A stretch of 64,000 nucleotides of DNA, taken from contig NIVC01002189.1 of the NCBI GenBank assembly GCA_002269645.1, positions 1-64,000 on the forward strand, given 5' to 3'. Position 1 is the stretch's first letter; the number at the start of each line of letters is the position of its first letter. The position numbers and the translations under genes are program-made. This DNA comes from Macrostomum lignano. Taxonomy: Eukaryota. Below, one piece after another: positions 52,922 to 64,000 of the stretch. Under the pieces are notes generated by a model that did no database searches, was not told the DNA's origin, and saw only the letters and a program-made list of their open reading frames with translations.

Positions 52922-54789
52922 CGCTCCCCCCTCATGGCCTCGTGGGAATTCGCTACTGAAGTGTCAGTCAGGTGAGTCATGCGCACACAGAGACATACCG
53001 GGGCTTGCAGGAACGCACAGACCAGGTTAAAGCAGCCCGGGGGGGGGGGGCGCCGGGCTGCTGCTGGGAAGGCGACAGAGGGGGGAGAAGAGGATCTCCA
53101 GGAGCGGCTGTGCTGGCAACTGCGGCGCCTCCACTTTCAGAGTCGGGGAAGTCGCGACTTCTCTTCCTCGGAGCGGGGGATCCCAGTTGCGTTTCACACG
53201 CCACCGCCGCGCGGCTTCCTCTCGAGAGCTTCCAGGCCTCATGCTCTGCCTCTCTCTCTCCCTCCTCTCCATCGTTTCCCCAAACTGCAGCAGCTCAAAG
53301 CTTAAAAAACACGGGCTGAGCCACCGTCCCAACCCCGAGGCGATTCCGTTGATAGCAATTGCCCCAGCGGGAGGCTCCCGTCTGGGCAGGGGGAAACCCG
53401 CCAATTAACCAAGAAGGCGAAGTTGCGTCACACGGAGCTGCATTGCTAGGGTACGGTCGGAATGTCCGAATCGCTAAACTGTTCCTGCTCGGGTTGGATT
53501 TTTGCGGAAGGAAATGCCGAGAGTTGTCATAAAAGTTAACTGCGGATTTCGCCACTCGAGAGGAAAAATTGGGTAGGCGCGAGCGGAACCGCACCGCACA
53601 TGGGGAGGGTCAGAGCTCTGGAGCGGTGAATCAATCGATTGCAGAGCGCATTCGCGACTCAAAAAAAACTGCAACACTTGGGGCACGTGGAGCAACAGGA
53701 GCTCCGCGCGGCCCAGGTTTGAGAGTTGGGGACTGAAATTTCCAAGCCAAAGAGAGAAGGCGAAAGCAGACTGTGAAGCCGACCGCCTCAACCTCAGAAA
53801 TTCTCCCAGCCCAGCGGGGATAAATAAAAAAGCGAGCTGCAAATAGAGAAGACTGTGTCTCAGCAGCAGCTGCAACATCTCGGATTGTACGGGAATTCAT
53901 AGGACAACCATCTGGTTCAAGCATCTGGGAACTTGCGTAGCAAAAGCTGCTTCATTTTAATGGCTGTATAGCGACAATCGTCCGCTTAAACTGGGAGGCT
54001 GGTGATGCAGAAGACAGACAGACAGGCAGTTGAGGGTGACCGACAGGCGTTAGGCTTTATCGAGCGCATTTCAAGTTCAAAAAAGCCCTACGCAGGAAGG
54101 GGATGGGGATAAGAAACTGCTAGTTTTTCCCAATGCCCATCCTCTGCAGCCTCCTTGCCAACTTTGGCACCGGCAGGTGGCCGATGATGAGGCCTTGGGA
54201 AGCTGGGGCAGGCCACTGTGAAAACACCGCCCAGTGACAGGCCTTCGACTTGAAGAAAGGCCACGGCAAAGTTTCATTCCCATCTGGGGCCTTGCGAAAG
54301 CTTTTCTCCCAGGAGCCAGGGCCATCCCCCAGTCTCGCTGATCCCCTCATGCAGGCCGCAATTAGATGGCCTCGCGGCTAACCGATGGTCCCCCCTGCGC
54401 GCCTCATCAATAATTGCGAGTGGGGTCGTAGGCGGATTACTCGAGTGGCGGGGGGGTGCGAATAGGTGAGGCGGACCTCGAGCAGCACCCCTGACGCCGC
54501 CACCACTTAGCTGGAGCTGCGCGCGATCAGCCGTTTGCGACTAATCTAGGCCCTTCATGCAGGTTGTAGGACTACAGGACAACTGCCCCAGTGCCTGGGA
54601 GAATTATCCCCCATCATTTTCTTATGCTCGCAACCTCACAGCTCTAACACTGTGCCCGGCTGGTCCGCGATGGCTTCTCATCTCTCTAAATCTGGGGTCA
54701 GCAAACCCGAAGCCTCTCTATTCGGCTTTTGGGTCCTTTCAAACTTCACAACAGCGATCCGGCCAAGCTCAAAGTTTGCGTCTGTATGA

Positions 54790-55331
54790 GTTCTGTGCCT
54801 GTGTACAGTATTGGCGCGCTTGTGTGCTCAGGAGTCTGCGGAATGGTGCCTGCGTACAGCATTGGCGCGCTTGTGTGCTCAGGAGTCTGCGGAATGGTGC
54901 CTGCGTACAGCATTGGCGCGCTTGTGTGCTCAGGAGTCAGTGGAATGGTGCCTGCGTACAGCATTGGCGCGATTGTGTGCTCAGGAGTCAGTGGAATGGT
55001 GCCTGCGTACAGCATTGGCGCGCTTGTGTGCTCAGGAGTCAGTGGAATGGTGCCTGCGTACAGCATTGGCGCGATTGTGTGCTCAGGAGTCAGTGGAATG
55101 GTGCCTGCGTACAGCATTGGCGCGCTTGTGTGCTCAGGAGTCAGTGGAATGGTGCCTGCGTACAGCATTGGCGCGCTTGTGTGCTCAGGAGTCAGTGGAA
55201 TGGTGCCTGCGTACAGCATTGGCGCGCTTGTGTGCTCAGGAGTCAGTGGAATGGTGCCTGCGTACAGCATTGGCGCGCTTGTGTGCTCAGGAGTCAGTGG
55301 AATGGTGCCTGCGTACAGCATTGGCGCGCTT
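54790..55331. repeat. 51-bp minisatellite, ~10 copies
   Basis: GCCTGCGTACAGCATTGGCGCGCTTGTGTGCTCAGGAGTCAGTGGAATGGT. Confidence 0.96.
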
Positions 55332-56274
55332 GCGACTTTCCTAGTCGTTTCTTTAGTTCACCTTCACTTGTCTCTGTTTACTGTTTTCTCTCTCTCTCTC
55401 TCTGTGTCTAGCTCAATCTTGTTATTCTTATCTCTCTCTCCCTTGCTGCCTTCTGATTGGTTCTCCATTCTCGCCTCTCTATTTAGTCGCGCACTCCACC
55501 CCTCTCTTTATTATCTGCAATTCAAACCCCCAAAGTTAATGTCTGGTATAAATATACTTGTTTGGGCCCTGCGCCCACTTACTGGCTTATCTTAGTATTC
55601 AATTTTCAACAGTATTCAACATCTAGTTCAACTTCTAGTTTTTAGTCTTATTTTCTCGACTGGAGTCAGCTGAAGGGCCAGAATTGCAGAGACAATGTCG
55701 CCGAAGTCAGAGAGCAGCGTGCTCAGCGAATATTTATTTTGTTTGATACATCGCCGTGAAGAACAGCAATGAATGGAAGCCAGTTATAGAAATAACACAG
55801 CAAGTCACCCCCCCGTTGACAGAAAAAGTAAATAGCATTTTTAACAGCTTTCCTGAAGCCACGCGCGGAGAGTCCTAGAGATGAGGTGAGACAGGTTGGA
55901 TGGCGCAGGGCAACTGCTTGGTCCAACACTGCCGATTGACAGGTGACGGGCACAGAGAGATCGGGAGAATGAATGAAAGCTATATGGGCCATACATCATC
56001 TCTCCCCCAGCCAAGGAAAATTGCCAAAAGCCTATAAACTCAGACTTCAGCTTCCTAGCAGCTTCCAATTTTCGGGACAATGGAGAAATGAGGCGAAAAT
56101 GCGCTGCAACAACAATCTCTGTACTCCCTGCAGAACTCAGTGGCATCCTCAACATCCCCCAGAAACAGGCCGTCACAAGCTGCAACAAGACAGAACACTT
56201 TGCTATTTTCTATAACTCATAATGCATATATAGTGTGGAATTTACTTAAGCTCTCACCTGCAGAGGCGTTTACC

Positions 56275-56675
56275 CAAATTTCCGAACAGTTCCGCGAATT
56301 TTCCGAATTGAGGCTTCTGTGTTTTCCGAATTGAGGCTTCTCTGTTTTCCGAATTGAGGCTTCTGTGTTTTCCGAATTGAGGCTTCTCTGTTTTCCGAAT
56401 TGAGGCTTCTGTGTTTTCCGAATTGAGGCTTTTGTGTTTTCCGAATTGAGGCTTTTGTGTTTTCCGAATTGAGGCTTCTCTGTTTTCCGAATTGAGGCTT
56501 CTCTGTTTTCCGAATTGAGGCTTCTGTGTTTTCCGAATTGAGGCTTCTGTGTTTTCCGAATTGAGGCTTCTGTGTTTTCCGAATTGAGGCTTCTGTGTTT
56601 TCCGAATTGAGACTTCTCTGTTTTCCGAATTGAGGCTTCTGTGTTTTCCGAATTGAGGCTTCTCTGATTTCCGAA
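56275..56675. repeat. 23-bp minisatellite (TTTTCCGAATTGAGGCTTCTGTG)
   Basis: Direct. Confidence 0.95.
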
Positions 56676-57479
56676 TTAAAGTTGTGCTCAGTTTTTCAGG
56701 CTGGTCTTTTGTTATGTTCAATGGATTTTATTTCCATATATGGATATCTCTGAACCTCTTTCCTTCTTTGCTAGTAGACACTGTTAATTGGCTAGCCAGA
56801 TAACAGCAAAGCCTATTTCTCAGCCAACTTCGCCACTTTTAGTCCAAGTTTCAATCGTATAGCAGCAGTTTTTTAACCCAAACCACTCCTAGCGATCTCT
56901 TCCAGCCAGCCAGCCAGCCAATCAGCGGCCAGGGCGAATCCTATTGGCTGACAAGGTCTTGGATTCATTTTCAGCAATAGAAATACTTCGTATTATCATA
57001 AACTTCGAAATTAAAGTTCGTTATATTTTTGCAGATTTTATTCATGCAATCCAATTTGAATGTAGTGATGTAGTGAAACTGCGCATTGATTAATTTATAG
57101 CTGTACGAGCTAACTAATAGATTAAAGTTAAATAAAGTTGACAATAGCGTGACAGTATAACAAAAAAGCAATTAATAGAATGCGCGGAAGAAAAAATTCT
57201 AGCAAAAGAAAAAACACTAGCAGACATAAAAATTATATTCTATATAATAAAATATTTTTTTAAAACTAGCGAGTATACTTATTTTCAAGTGTTTATTAAG
57301 TGTTGTTGTTTTATATTCAGAAGTACATTTTGTGCTTCAACACTTTCCCACCAGAAATCGAAGTACAATGGACCTTGTTTACTAATTGTACACTGCATCA
57401 GATCGCATGTAGGTCCGACACAAGACACCAATCAGCGGCCGCAAACATTCCCTGCCCCAACTTGTGTACACCGGGTAGG

Positions 57480-57912
57480 GACTCACTCAATGTACGCTCT
57501 CGAACCCCCCCCCCGCCCCAATCCTCACTCAATGTACGCTCTGGAACCCCCCCCCGGCCCAATCCTCTCTCAATGTACGCTATGAAACCTTCCCCCCAGC
57601 CCAATCCTCTCTCAATGTACGCTCTGAAACCTTCCCCCCAGCCCCAATCCTCTCTCAATGTACGCTCTGAAACCTTCCCCCAGCCCAATCCTCTCTCAAT
57701 GTACGCTCTGAAACCTTCCCCCCAGCCCCAATCCTCTCTCAATGTACGCTCTGGAACCTCCCCCCAGCCCTAATCCTTTCTCAATGTACGCTCTGGAACC
57801 CCCGCCCCCAATCCTCTCCCAATCTACGCTCTGGAACCCCCGCCCCCAATCCTCTCCCAATCTACGCTCTGGAACCCCCGCCCCAATCATCTCTCAATGT
57901 ACGCTCTAGAAC
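57480..57912. repeat. ~37-bp C-rich minisatellite (CCCAATCCTCTCTCAATGTACGCTCTG..CCCC)
   Basis: Direct. Confidence 0.9.
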
Positions 57913-58147
57913 CCAACCGCCTCCAGACCTGTGATTTGTTTATCAGTGATTGCTAACGAAATTAAACTATCATTAGAAACTTCGTAGAAGTACGAGTAAC
58001 TCAACTGTGAATAATTATTAGTTGTGCAGCAACCTAAAGGTCCAAGCCTACGTGCGTGAAAATTATTTCAGGTCATTATACTATTAGTAATGACCAAATT
58101 CAGTAATCAATATAGTTAGTTCATTCCAGCTGCCGAGATAGCCATCT

Positions 58148-61100
58148 TCAGCTGGCCGAATAAGTTGTCTTCTGGATGTGGGTGGCGCGCTCCTGGATAA
58201 ATATCGTTGTGTGTAAAATTTAGCGCCTATGCCAGACTCTGTGCCTCATCAACTGACTAACGCTTTAAAAGCAGACCAGTTAAAAAGAAAAGTCGGCGGC
58301 TACAAAGCTTGCTAAACAGTTCTAGCAAATCCCTAGCGTTCATAGAGCTCAATCTTGAATGATTGATGGCTGCGCAATGCGAAGCCAGCCATCCCTGTTA
58401 TTCTTGCGGCCTGTTATCTTGCCAAACGATTTAATTTAATCTCCCAGTCTGCCAGGCGGTTGCGTCACTCCCTACCTCTCCATCGGCGTTAGCCAGGGTG
58501 GTCAGGATGTTGCTGCCGATGCCCCAGGAGGGCTCGGCTGCCTCCAGCTCTTTGATGCCGGTGTTGGTTCCACCGGATGCGGCTAGGGACTCCGCTGGGG
58601 GCGGCTTTTGACCGGCGGCCCAGATCTGCGTGATCGCGTGGGGTGATGGAGGGCTTGAGTTTTGAGGTGACGGAGGGTAAGGGTTGAGTTTTGAGGTGAC
58701 GGAGGGTAAGGGTTGAGTTTTGAGGTGACGGAGGGTAAGGGTTGAGTTTTGAGGTGACGGAGGGTAAGGGTTGAGTTTTGAGGTGACGGAGGGTAAGGGT
58801 TGAGTTTTGATGTGACGGAGGGTAAGGGGTTGAGGTGACGGAGGGTAAGGGTTGAGTTTTGAGGTGACGGAGGGTAAGGGGTTGAGTTTTGAGGTGAAGG
58901 AGGGTAAGGGTTGAGTTTTGAGGTGACGGAGGGTAAGGGGTTGAGTTTTGAGGTGACGGAGGGTAAGGGTTGAGTTTTGAGGTGACGGAGGGTAAGGGTT
59001 GAGTTTTGAGGTGACGGAGGGTAAGGGCTTGAGTTTTGAGGTGACGAAGGGTAAGAGGTTGAGTTTTGAGGTGACGGAGGGTAAGGGGTTGAGTTTTGAG
59101 GTGAAGGAGGGTAAGGGTTGAGTTTTGATGTGACGGAGGGTAAGGGGTTGAGTTTTGAGGTGACGGAGGGTAAGGGTTGAGTTTTGAGGTGACGGAGGGT
59201 AAGGGTTGAGTTTTGAGGTGACGGAGGGTAAAGGGTTGAGTTTTGAGGTGACGGAGGGTAAGGGGTTGAGGTGACGGAGGGTAAGGGTTGATTTTTGAGG
59301 TGACGGAGGGTAAGGGGTTGAGTTTTGAGGCGACATAGGGTTTTCAGTTGACATTAGTACGATAATACACCAACCTTAATAGTTTTGCAGGTCGTGTCCA
59401 ACACGGTGCCCTTCGGAAAGGTGTACTTCACCACCTGACGGCCATTGTCGATATTCCTTACGAGTGTCCAGTCGCTCAAGTCTTCCTTCTAAAATCGGGA
59501 AAGACACAAAAGCTTTACATATGAAGTACCATCGATTGCAATGTCTGATTAAATAATTTTCACCTTCTTTCCCGTGAACTCGAGGGTGACAAACTTGCCA
59601 TCGCAGCTGCAGTCCTGGATGCTGGTGCTGCCCTTGGCTGTGCGCTGGTAGGTGGTCTTGGCCGACATCTCGCCCTTGAGAATGTTGACTGCCATGCGGG
59701 GTGGGGTGCGAGTTCGAATTAGAATGTTGGATTGGCTCTGAGCAGCAATATGCAAAGTAGGTTAAGCAGGTTAAACGCCTGATATGCGACCTGTTATTCG
59801 TGCGCATTTAACTTGTTTGGTAGCAGATTGCGGTTCTAAAAGACTTGTTATGCTTGTGTTATAAGTTCAGCTATAAAAGTGTTTATCGCAGATGTTAGTT
59901 AGAACTGTTAGCAACCTACCTATCTACAACATAAAAAGCCTAACGCATCACAAACTACCCATCTACATCCCAAACTATCCATCTACATAAAAAACTACCC
60001 ATCTACACCAAAACTACCCATCTACACCAAAACTACCCATCTACACCAAAACTAACCATCTACATCCCAAACTACCCATCTACATCACAGACTACCCATC
60101 AAAATCACAAACTTCCTATCCACATCACAAACTCCTCATCAACATCACAAACTCCTCATCAACATCACAAACTACCCATCTACATCACAAACTACCCATC
60201 TACATCACAAGCTACCCATCTACACCACAAACTACCCATTTACATCACAAACTACCCATTTACATCACAAACTACCCATCTACACCACAAACTACCCATC
60301 TACATCACAAACTACCCATCTACACCACAAACTACCCATCTACACCACAAACTACCCATCTACACCAAAAACTACCCATTTACATCACAAAGTACCCATT
60401 TACACCACAAACTACCCATCTACACCACAAACTACCCATCTACATCCCAAACTATCCATCTACATAAAAAACTACCCATCTACACCAAAACTACCCATCT
60501 ACACCAAAACTAACCATCTACATCCCAAACTACCCATCTACATCACAGACTACCCATCAAAATCACAAACTTCCTATCCACATCACAAACTCCTCATCAA
60601 CATCACAAACTCCTCATCAACATCACAAACTACCCATTTACATCACAAACTACCCATCTACACCACAAACTACCCATCTACACCACAAACTACCCATCTA
60701 CACCACAAACTACCCATTTACATCACAAACTACCCATCTACACCACAAACTACCCATTTACATCACAAACTACCCATCTACACCACAAACTACCCATCTA
60801 CACCACAAACTACCCATCTACACCACAAACTACCCATTTACATCACAAACTACCCATCTACACCACAAACTACCCATCTACACCACAAACTACCTATCTA
60901 CACCACAAACTACCCATTTACATCACAAACTACCCATCTACACCACAAACTACCCATCTACATCACAAACTACCCATCTACATCGCAAACTACCCATCTA
61001 CATCACAAACTATCCATCTACGTCACAAACTACCCATCTACACCACAAACTACCCATCTACATCGCAAACTACCCATCTACATCACAAACTACCCATCTG

Positions 61101-63285
61101 CGCCACAATCGCAGCAACACGGTTAAAACTCGCGAGCCGAAATGAAGCAGCATGGAACAGAGGACACGAGCTATAAGTTATGCCTTGGACTCACTTTGCT
61201 GCCTCGCAGAACCTTGGAGAATGCAGGACGGGTAAACTCAATCAGTTACTCAGTCGCATGCTCATAAGACCAAGCATCAATAGTTATCAAAACGTTTTCT
61301 CTCAAAAGCAAATGAATATAAAATCAGCATTTCATGCTACTAAAAGTAACAAGAAGGAATGAGCAGCAGACCAAAGCAGTTAATAGAATGTGAAGAAGGC
61401 GCAGGCAAGACACGACACAGAAATTTCTGCTTTTAGAGAGCCCCTCTGCAAGAGACCTGCGGCGGAGGCGCCGTCTCCATCTGCCTGCCGCAGAGGCGGC
61501 GGTGGCGGCGGCGGAGGCGGCGGAGGCGTCGTCTTCTTCGGCGACTTCAAAGCCTTCGGCTCCGGCGGCGGAGGCAGCGACGGTTGAGTCGGTGACTTCA
61601 AAGGTGACTTCGGAGTCTGCTGCTGCTGCGTCTGCGACAGTGGCGGCGGCGGTGGCGGCTCTGGCAGCTCAGCCGCGGTGGCATGAGTGACATCGTTCAT
61701 GAGCGACTCCGCCTCCGCCTTGGCCTCGGGCTTCAGTCTGGGGTTTCGGGGCGCGACGAGGATAAAAATTCTAGGGGAGATTTAGGAAGAAGGAAGACTG
61801 TTGTGTTAGAAGTTTATAAATGTGCCCATCAGCAAGTGAGTTTTGGTTTTTTAGCTTAGCTATGGTTAGTCTCTGTCTGCCTCGCAGTTGCTGGGATACC
61901 TTGATTGCGCTGCTCAGTGGTGCTCACTGTCTGCTCGCCCTCCATCAGCCGGGTGGAGACTGACTCTCGGCTGAGTCTTTCATTGTTCAGGCTGGCTCAG
62001 GTTTGTGTGTTCGGATGCAGATTAATGCTTATTGTCTGCTCAATAGATGTACTGAAGTATTGCAAGGCTTAGAAATAGGATGGGGTGAGCAGGATGGGGT
62101 GAGCAGGATGGGGTGAGCAGGATGGGGTGAGCAGGATGGGGTGAGCAGGATGGGGTGAGCAGAGGATGCAGTGAAGCCAGCTGCCTGTCCTCACCGGATC
62201 TCCTCGCCCTCCAGCAGTTTTCTGTAGGCGTGGATCTCCAGCTCCAGGCTGAGCTTGGCATCCGTGAGGCTCTGCACCTCGGCCAGGTACTCCTCCAGGG
62301 TGGCGTTGGCGCCGGCCAGCTCGGCGCGGAGGCGGCCGTGCTCCATCTCAAACTGGCGCTCGGCGTCCTCGGCTTCGCGTCGAATCTCGTCGAGTTCGCG
62401 CTCGAGCTGCGCGCTGCGGGCCTCGAGCTCGGGCAGGCGGCTGCGGCTGGCCGCCTGCTGAGACTTGAGCCGCTTGTTCTCCTCCCGCAGGCGGGTCAGC
62501 TCGGCCGAGTCGCGGCTGCGGCCGGCGCGGGCCTCCTGCACCCGCAGACTGTACTGCGACTCCACCTCGGAGCGGGCGGCCTCCAACTTGGAGTCGTATT
62601 CCCGCCGGATGTCGCTGAGAGCCTGGGCCATCTCGGCCTTCCAGAATTCGCGATTCTCTCCGGTGGTGTCGCGGTAGGCCAGGGCGGCCAGCTCCTTCAG
62701 CTCCTGGGCGTGGCCGTGTTGGTAATTTTAAGGGTATATTGGTAGTTTTGAGGGTAGATGGTAGTTTTGATGGTAGATGGTAGTTTTGATGGTAGATGGT
62801 AGTTTTGAGGGTAGATGGTAGTTTTGAGGGTAGATTGGTAGTTTTGAGGGTAGATGGTAGTTTTAAGGGTAGATGGTAGTTTTGATGGTAGATGGTAGTT
62901 TTGATGGTAGATAGTAGTTTTGATGGTAGATTGGTAGTTTTGAGGGTAGATAGTAGTTTTGAGGGTAGATTGTAGTTTTGAGGGTAGATTGTAGTTTTGA
63001 AGGTTGATTGGTAGCTTTGATGGTAATGGTAGTTTTGAGGGTAGATTGGTAGTTTTGAGGGTAGATTGGTAGGTTTGAGGGTAGATTGGTAGGTTTGAGG
63101 TAGATTGGTAGGTTTTAAGGAGGATAGTTTTTAGATAGTTTTAAGGAGGATAAATTGGTAGTTTTTAGCTATTTCAGTTTTAGCGCTGACAGATTCGTGC
63201 AGCGCGCGCTGAAACTCCAGCTCCTCGCGCAGCGATTGGACACTGTTCTCAGCGTTGATGTGACCAGGGTCTCGGAGTCCAGGTC
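58148..63285 (-). CDS. Cytoplasmic intermediate filament protein with lamin-tail domain (3' part; 5' exons outside the window)
   Basis: Exons 63285-63191, 62703-62195 (ELKELAALAYRDTT..LSLELEIHAYRKLLEGEE, IF coil 2B consensus), probable 61737-61457, ~59690-59564 (KGEMSAKTTYQR..DGKFVTLE), 59488-59375, 58625-58476 (WGIGSNILTTLANADGE), 58192-58148 (ERATHIQKTTYSAS*). No CaaX, so not a lamin. Confidence 0.9.
58650..59335. repeat. 29-bp minisatellite (GGGTTGAGTTTTGAGGTGACGGAGGGTAA)
   Basis: Direct; fills an IF intron. Confidence 0.95.
59940..61105. repeat. 20-bp minisatellite (AAACTACCCATCTACACCAC)
   Basis: Direct. Confidence 0.95.
62078..62160. repeat. 14-bp minisatellite (GAGCAGGATGGGGT)
   Basis: Direct. 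Confidence 0.9.
62719..63165. repeat. 19-20-bp minisatellite (GGTAGTTTTGAGGGTAGATT)
   Basis: Direct. Confidence 0.92.
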
Positions 63286-63559
63286 CTGTGGGTGAGTGAA
63301 GAGGGTTCAACCACCTCAGTCGTTGTGTAGATTACGAGTATTTGGATTTTAAGAATAACTTTAGTGTAGATATACCGGTAGTGTATATGGATAAAATTCA
63401 CTTACATTTTTATTGAGCGTTTCTCTGCAATACCGTACCAATCTACCCTCAAAACCGCCTATCAACCCTCAAAGCTAACAATTAACCCTCAAGCAACCCT
63501 TAGAACAACATATCTGCCATAAAACTACTAATCCGCTATTAAAACTACCAATTTATCAG

Positions 63560-63925
63560 AAAAAACTACCAATCTACCCTCAAACTACCAATCTACCCTC
63601 AAACTACCAATCTACCCTCAAACTACCAATCTACCCTCAAACTACCAATCTACCCTCAAACTACCAATCTACCCTCAAACTACCAATCTACCCTCAAACT
63701 ACCAATCTACCCTCAAACTACCAATCTACCCTCAAACTACCAATCTACCCTCAAACTACCAATCTACCCTCAAACTACCAATCTACCCTCAAACTACCAA
63801 TCTACCCTCAAACTACCAATCTACCCTCAAACTACGAATCTACCCTCAACTACCAATCTACCCTCAAACTACCAATCTACCCTCAAACTACCAATCTACC
63901 CTCAAACTACCAATCTACCGAAAAA
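63560..63925. repeat. 19-bp minisatellite (CTACCAATCTACCCTCAAA)
   Basis: Direct; reverse complement of the 62719-63165 unit. Confidence 0.95.
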
Positions 63926-64000
63926 TATTCCAATCTACTAATTTACCCTTAAAACTACGGATTTAGTCTCAAGCTAACACTAACCCTTAAAAGTACCAAT

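Noticed and set aside
58431-58475. IF ending VGSDATAWQTGRLN* as in the ORF track
   Set aside because: A GTAGGG donor after GE and a downstream exon ERATHIQKTTYSAS* match the conserved IF tail end better.

Overview
Animal genomic DNA with GC-rich exons, GT-AG introns and very dense, varied micro/minisatellites. This pattern suggests a Macrostomum-like flatworm, which is an inference. Genes reconstructed by hand: a YdjC-type deacetylase broken by 1-nt homopolymer deletions; two head-to-head, near-identical ependymin-related (EPDR) genes forming a palindrome; an intronless divergent SmE; riboflavin kinase; tektin-4; an intronless PAN/apple + C-type lectin gene with an in-frame TGA; an 11-exon, ~1002-aa SP-5xCUB-LDLa-TM receptor ending in KISIV (LEV-10-like architecture); and the 3' part of a cytoplasmic intermediate filament gene with a lamin-tail domain. 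A CORE-type SINE and a decayed non-LTR RT fragment are also present. Most long ORFs in the track are tandem-repeat artefacts. The strongest leads are (i) related minisatellites in alternating orientation in successive introns of the IF gene, which could form competing RNA duplexes around exons, and (ii) the EPDR palindrome, with a gene-conversion signature, a very basic EPDR domain and an acidic/GRR-repeat tail.
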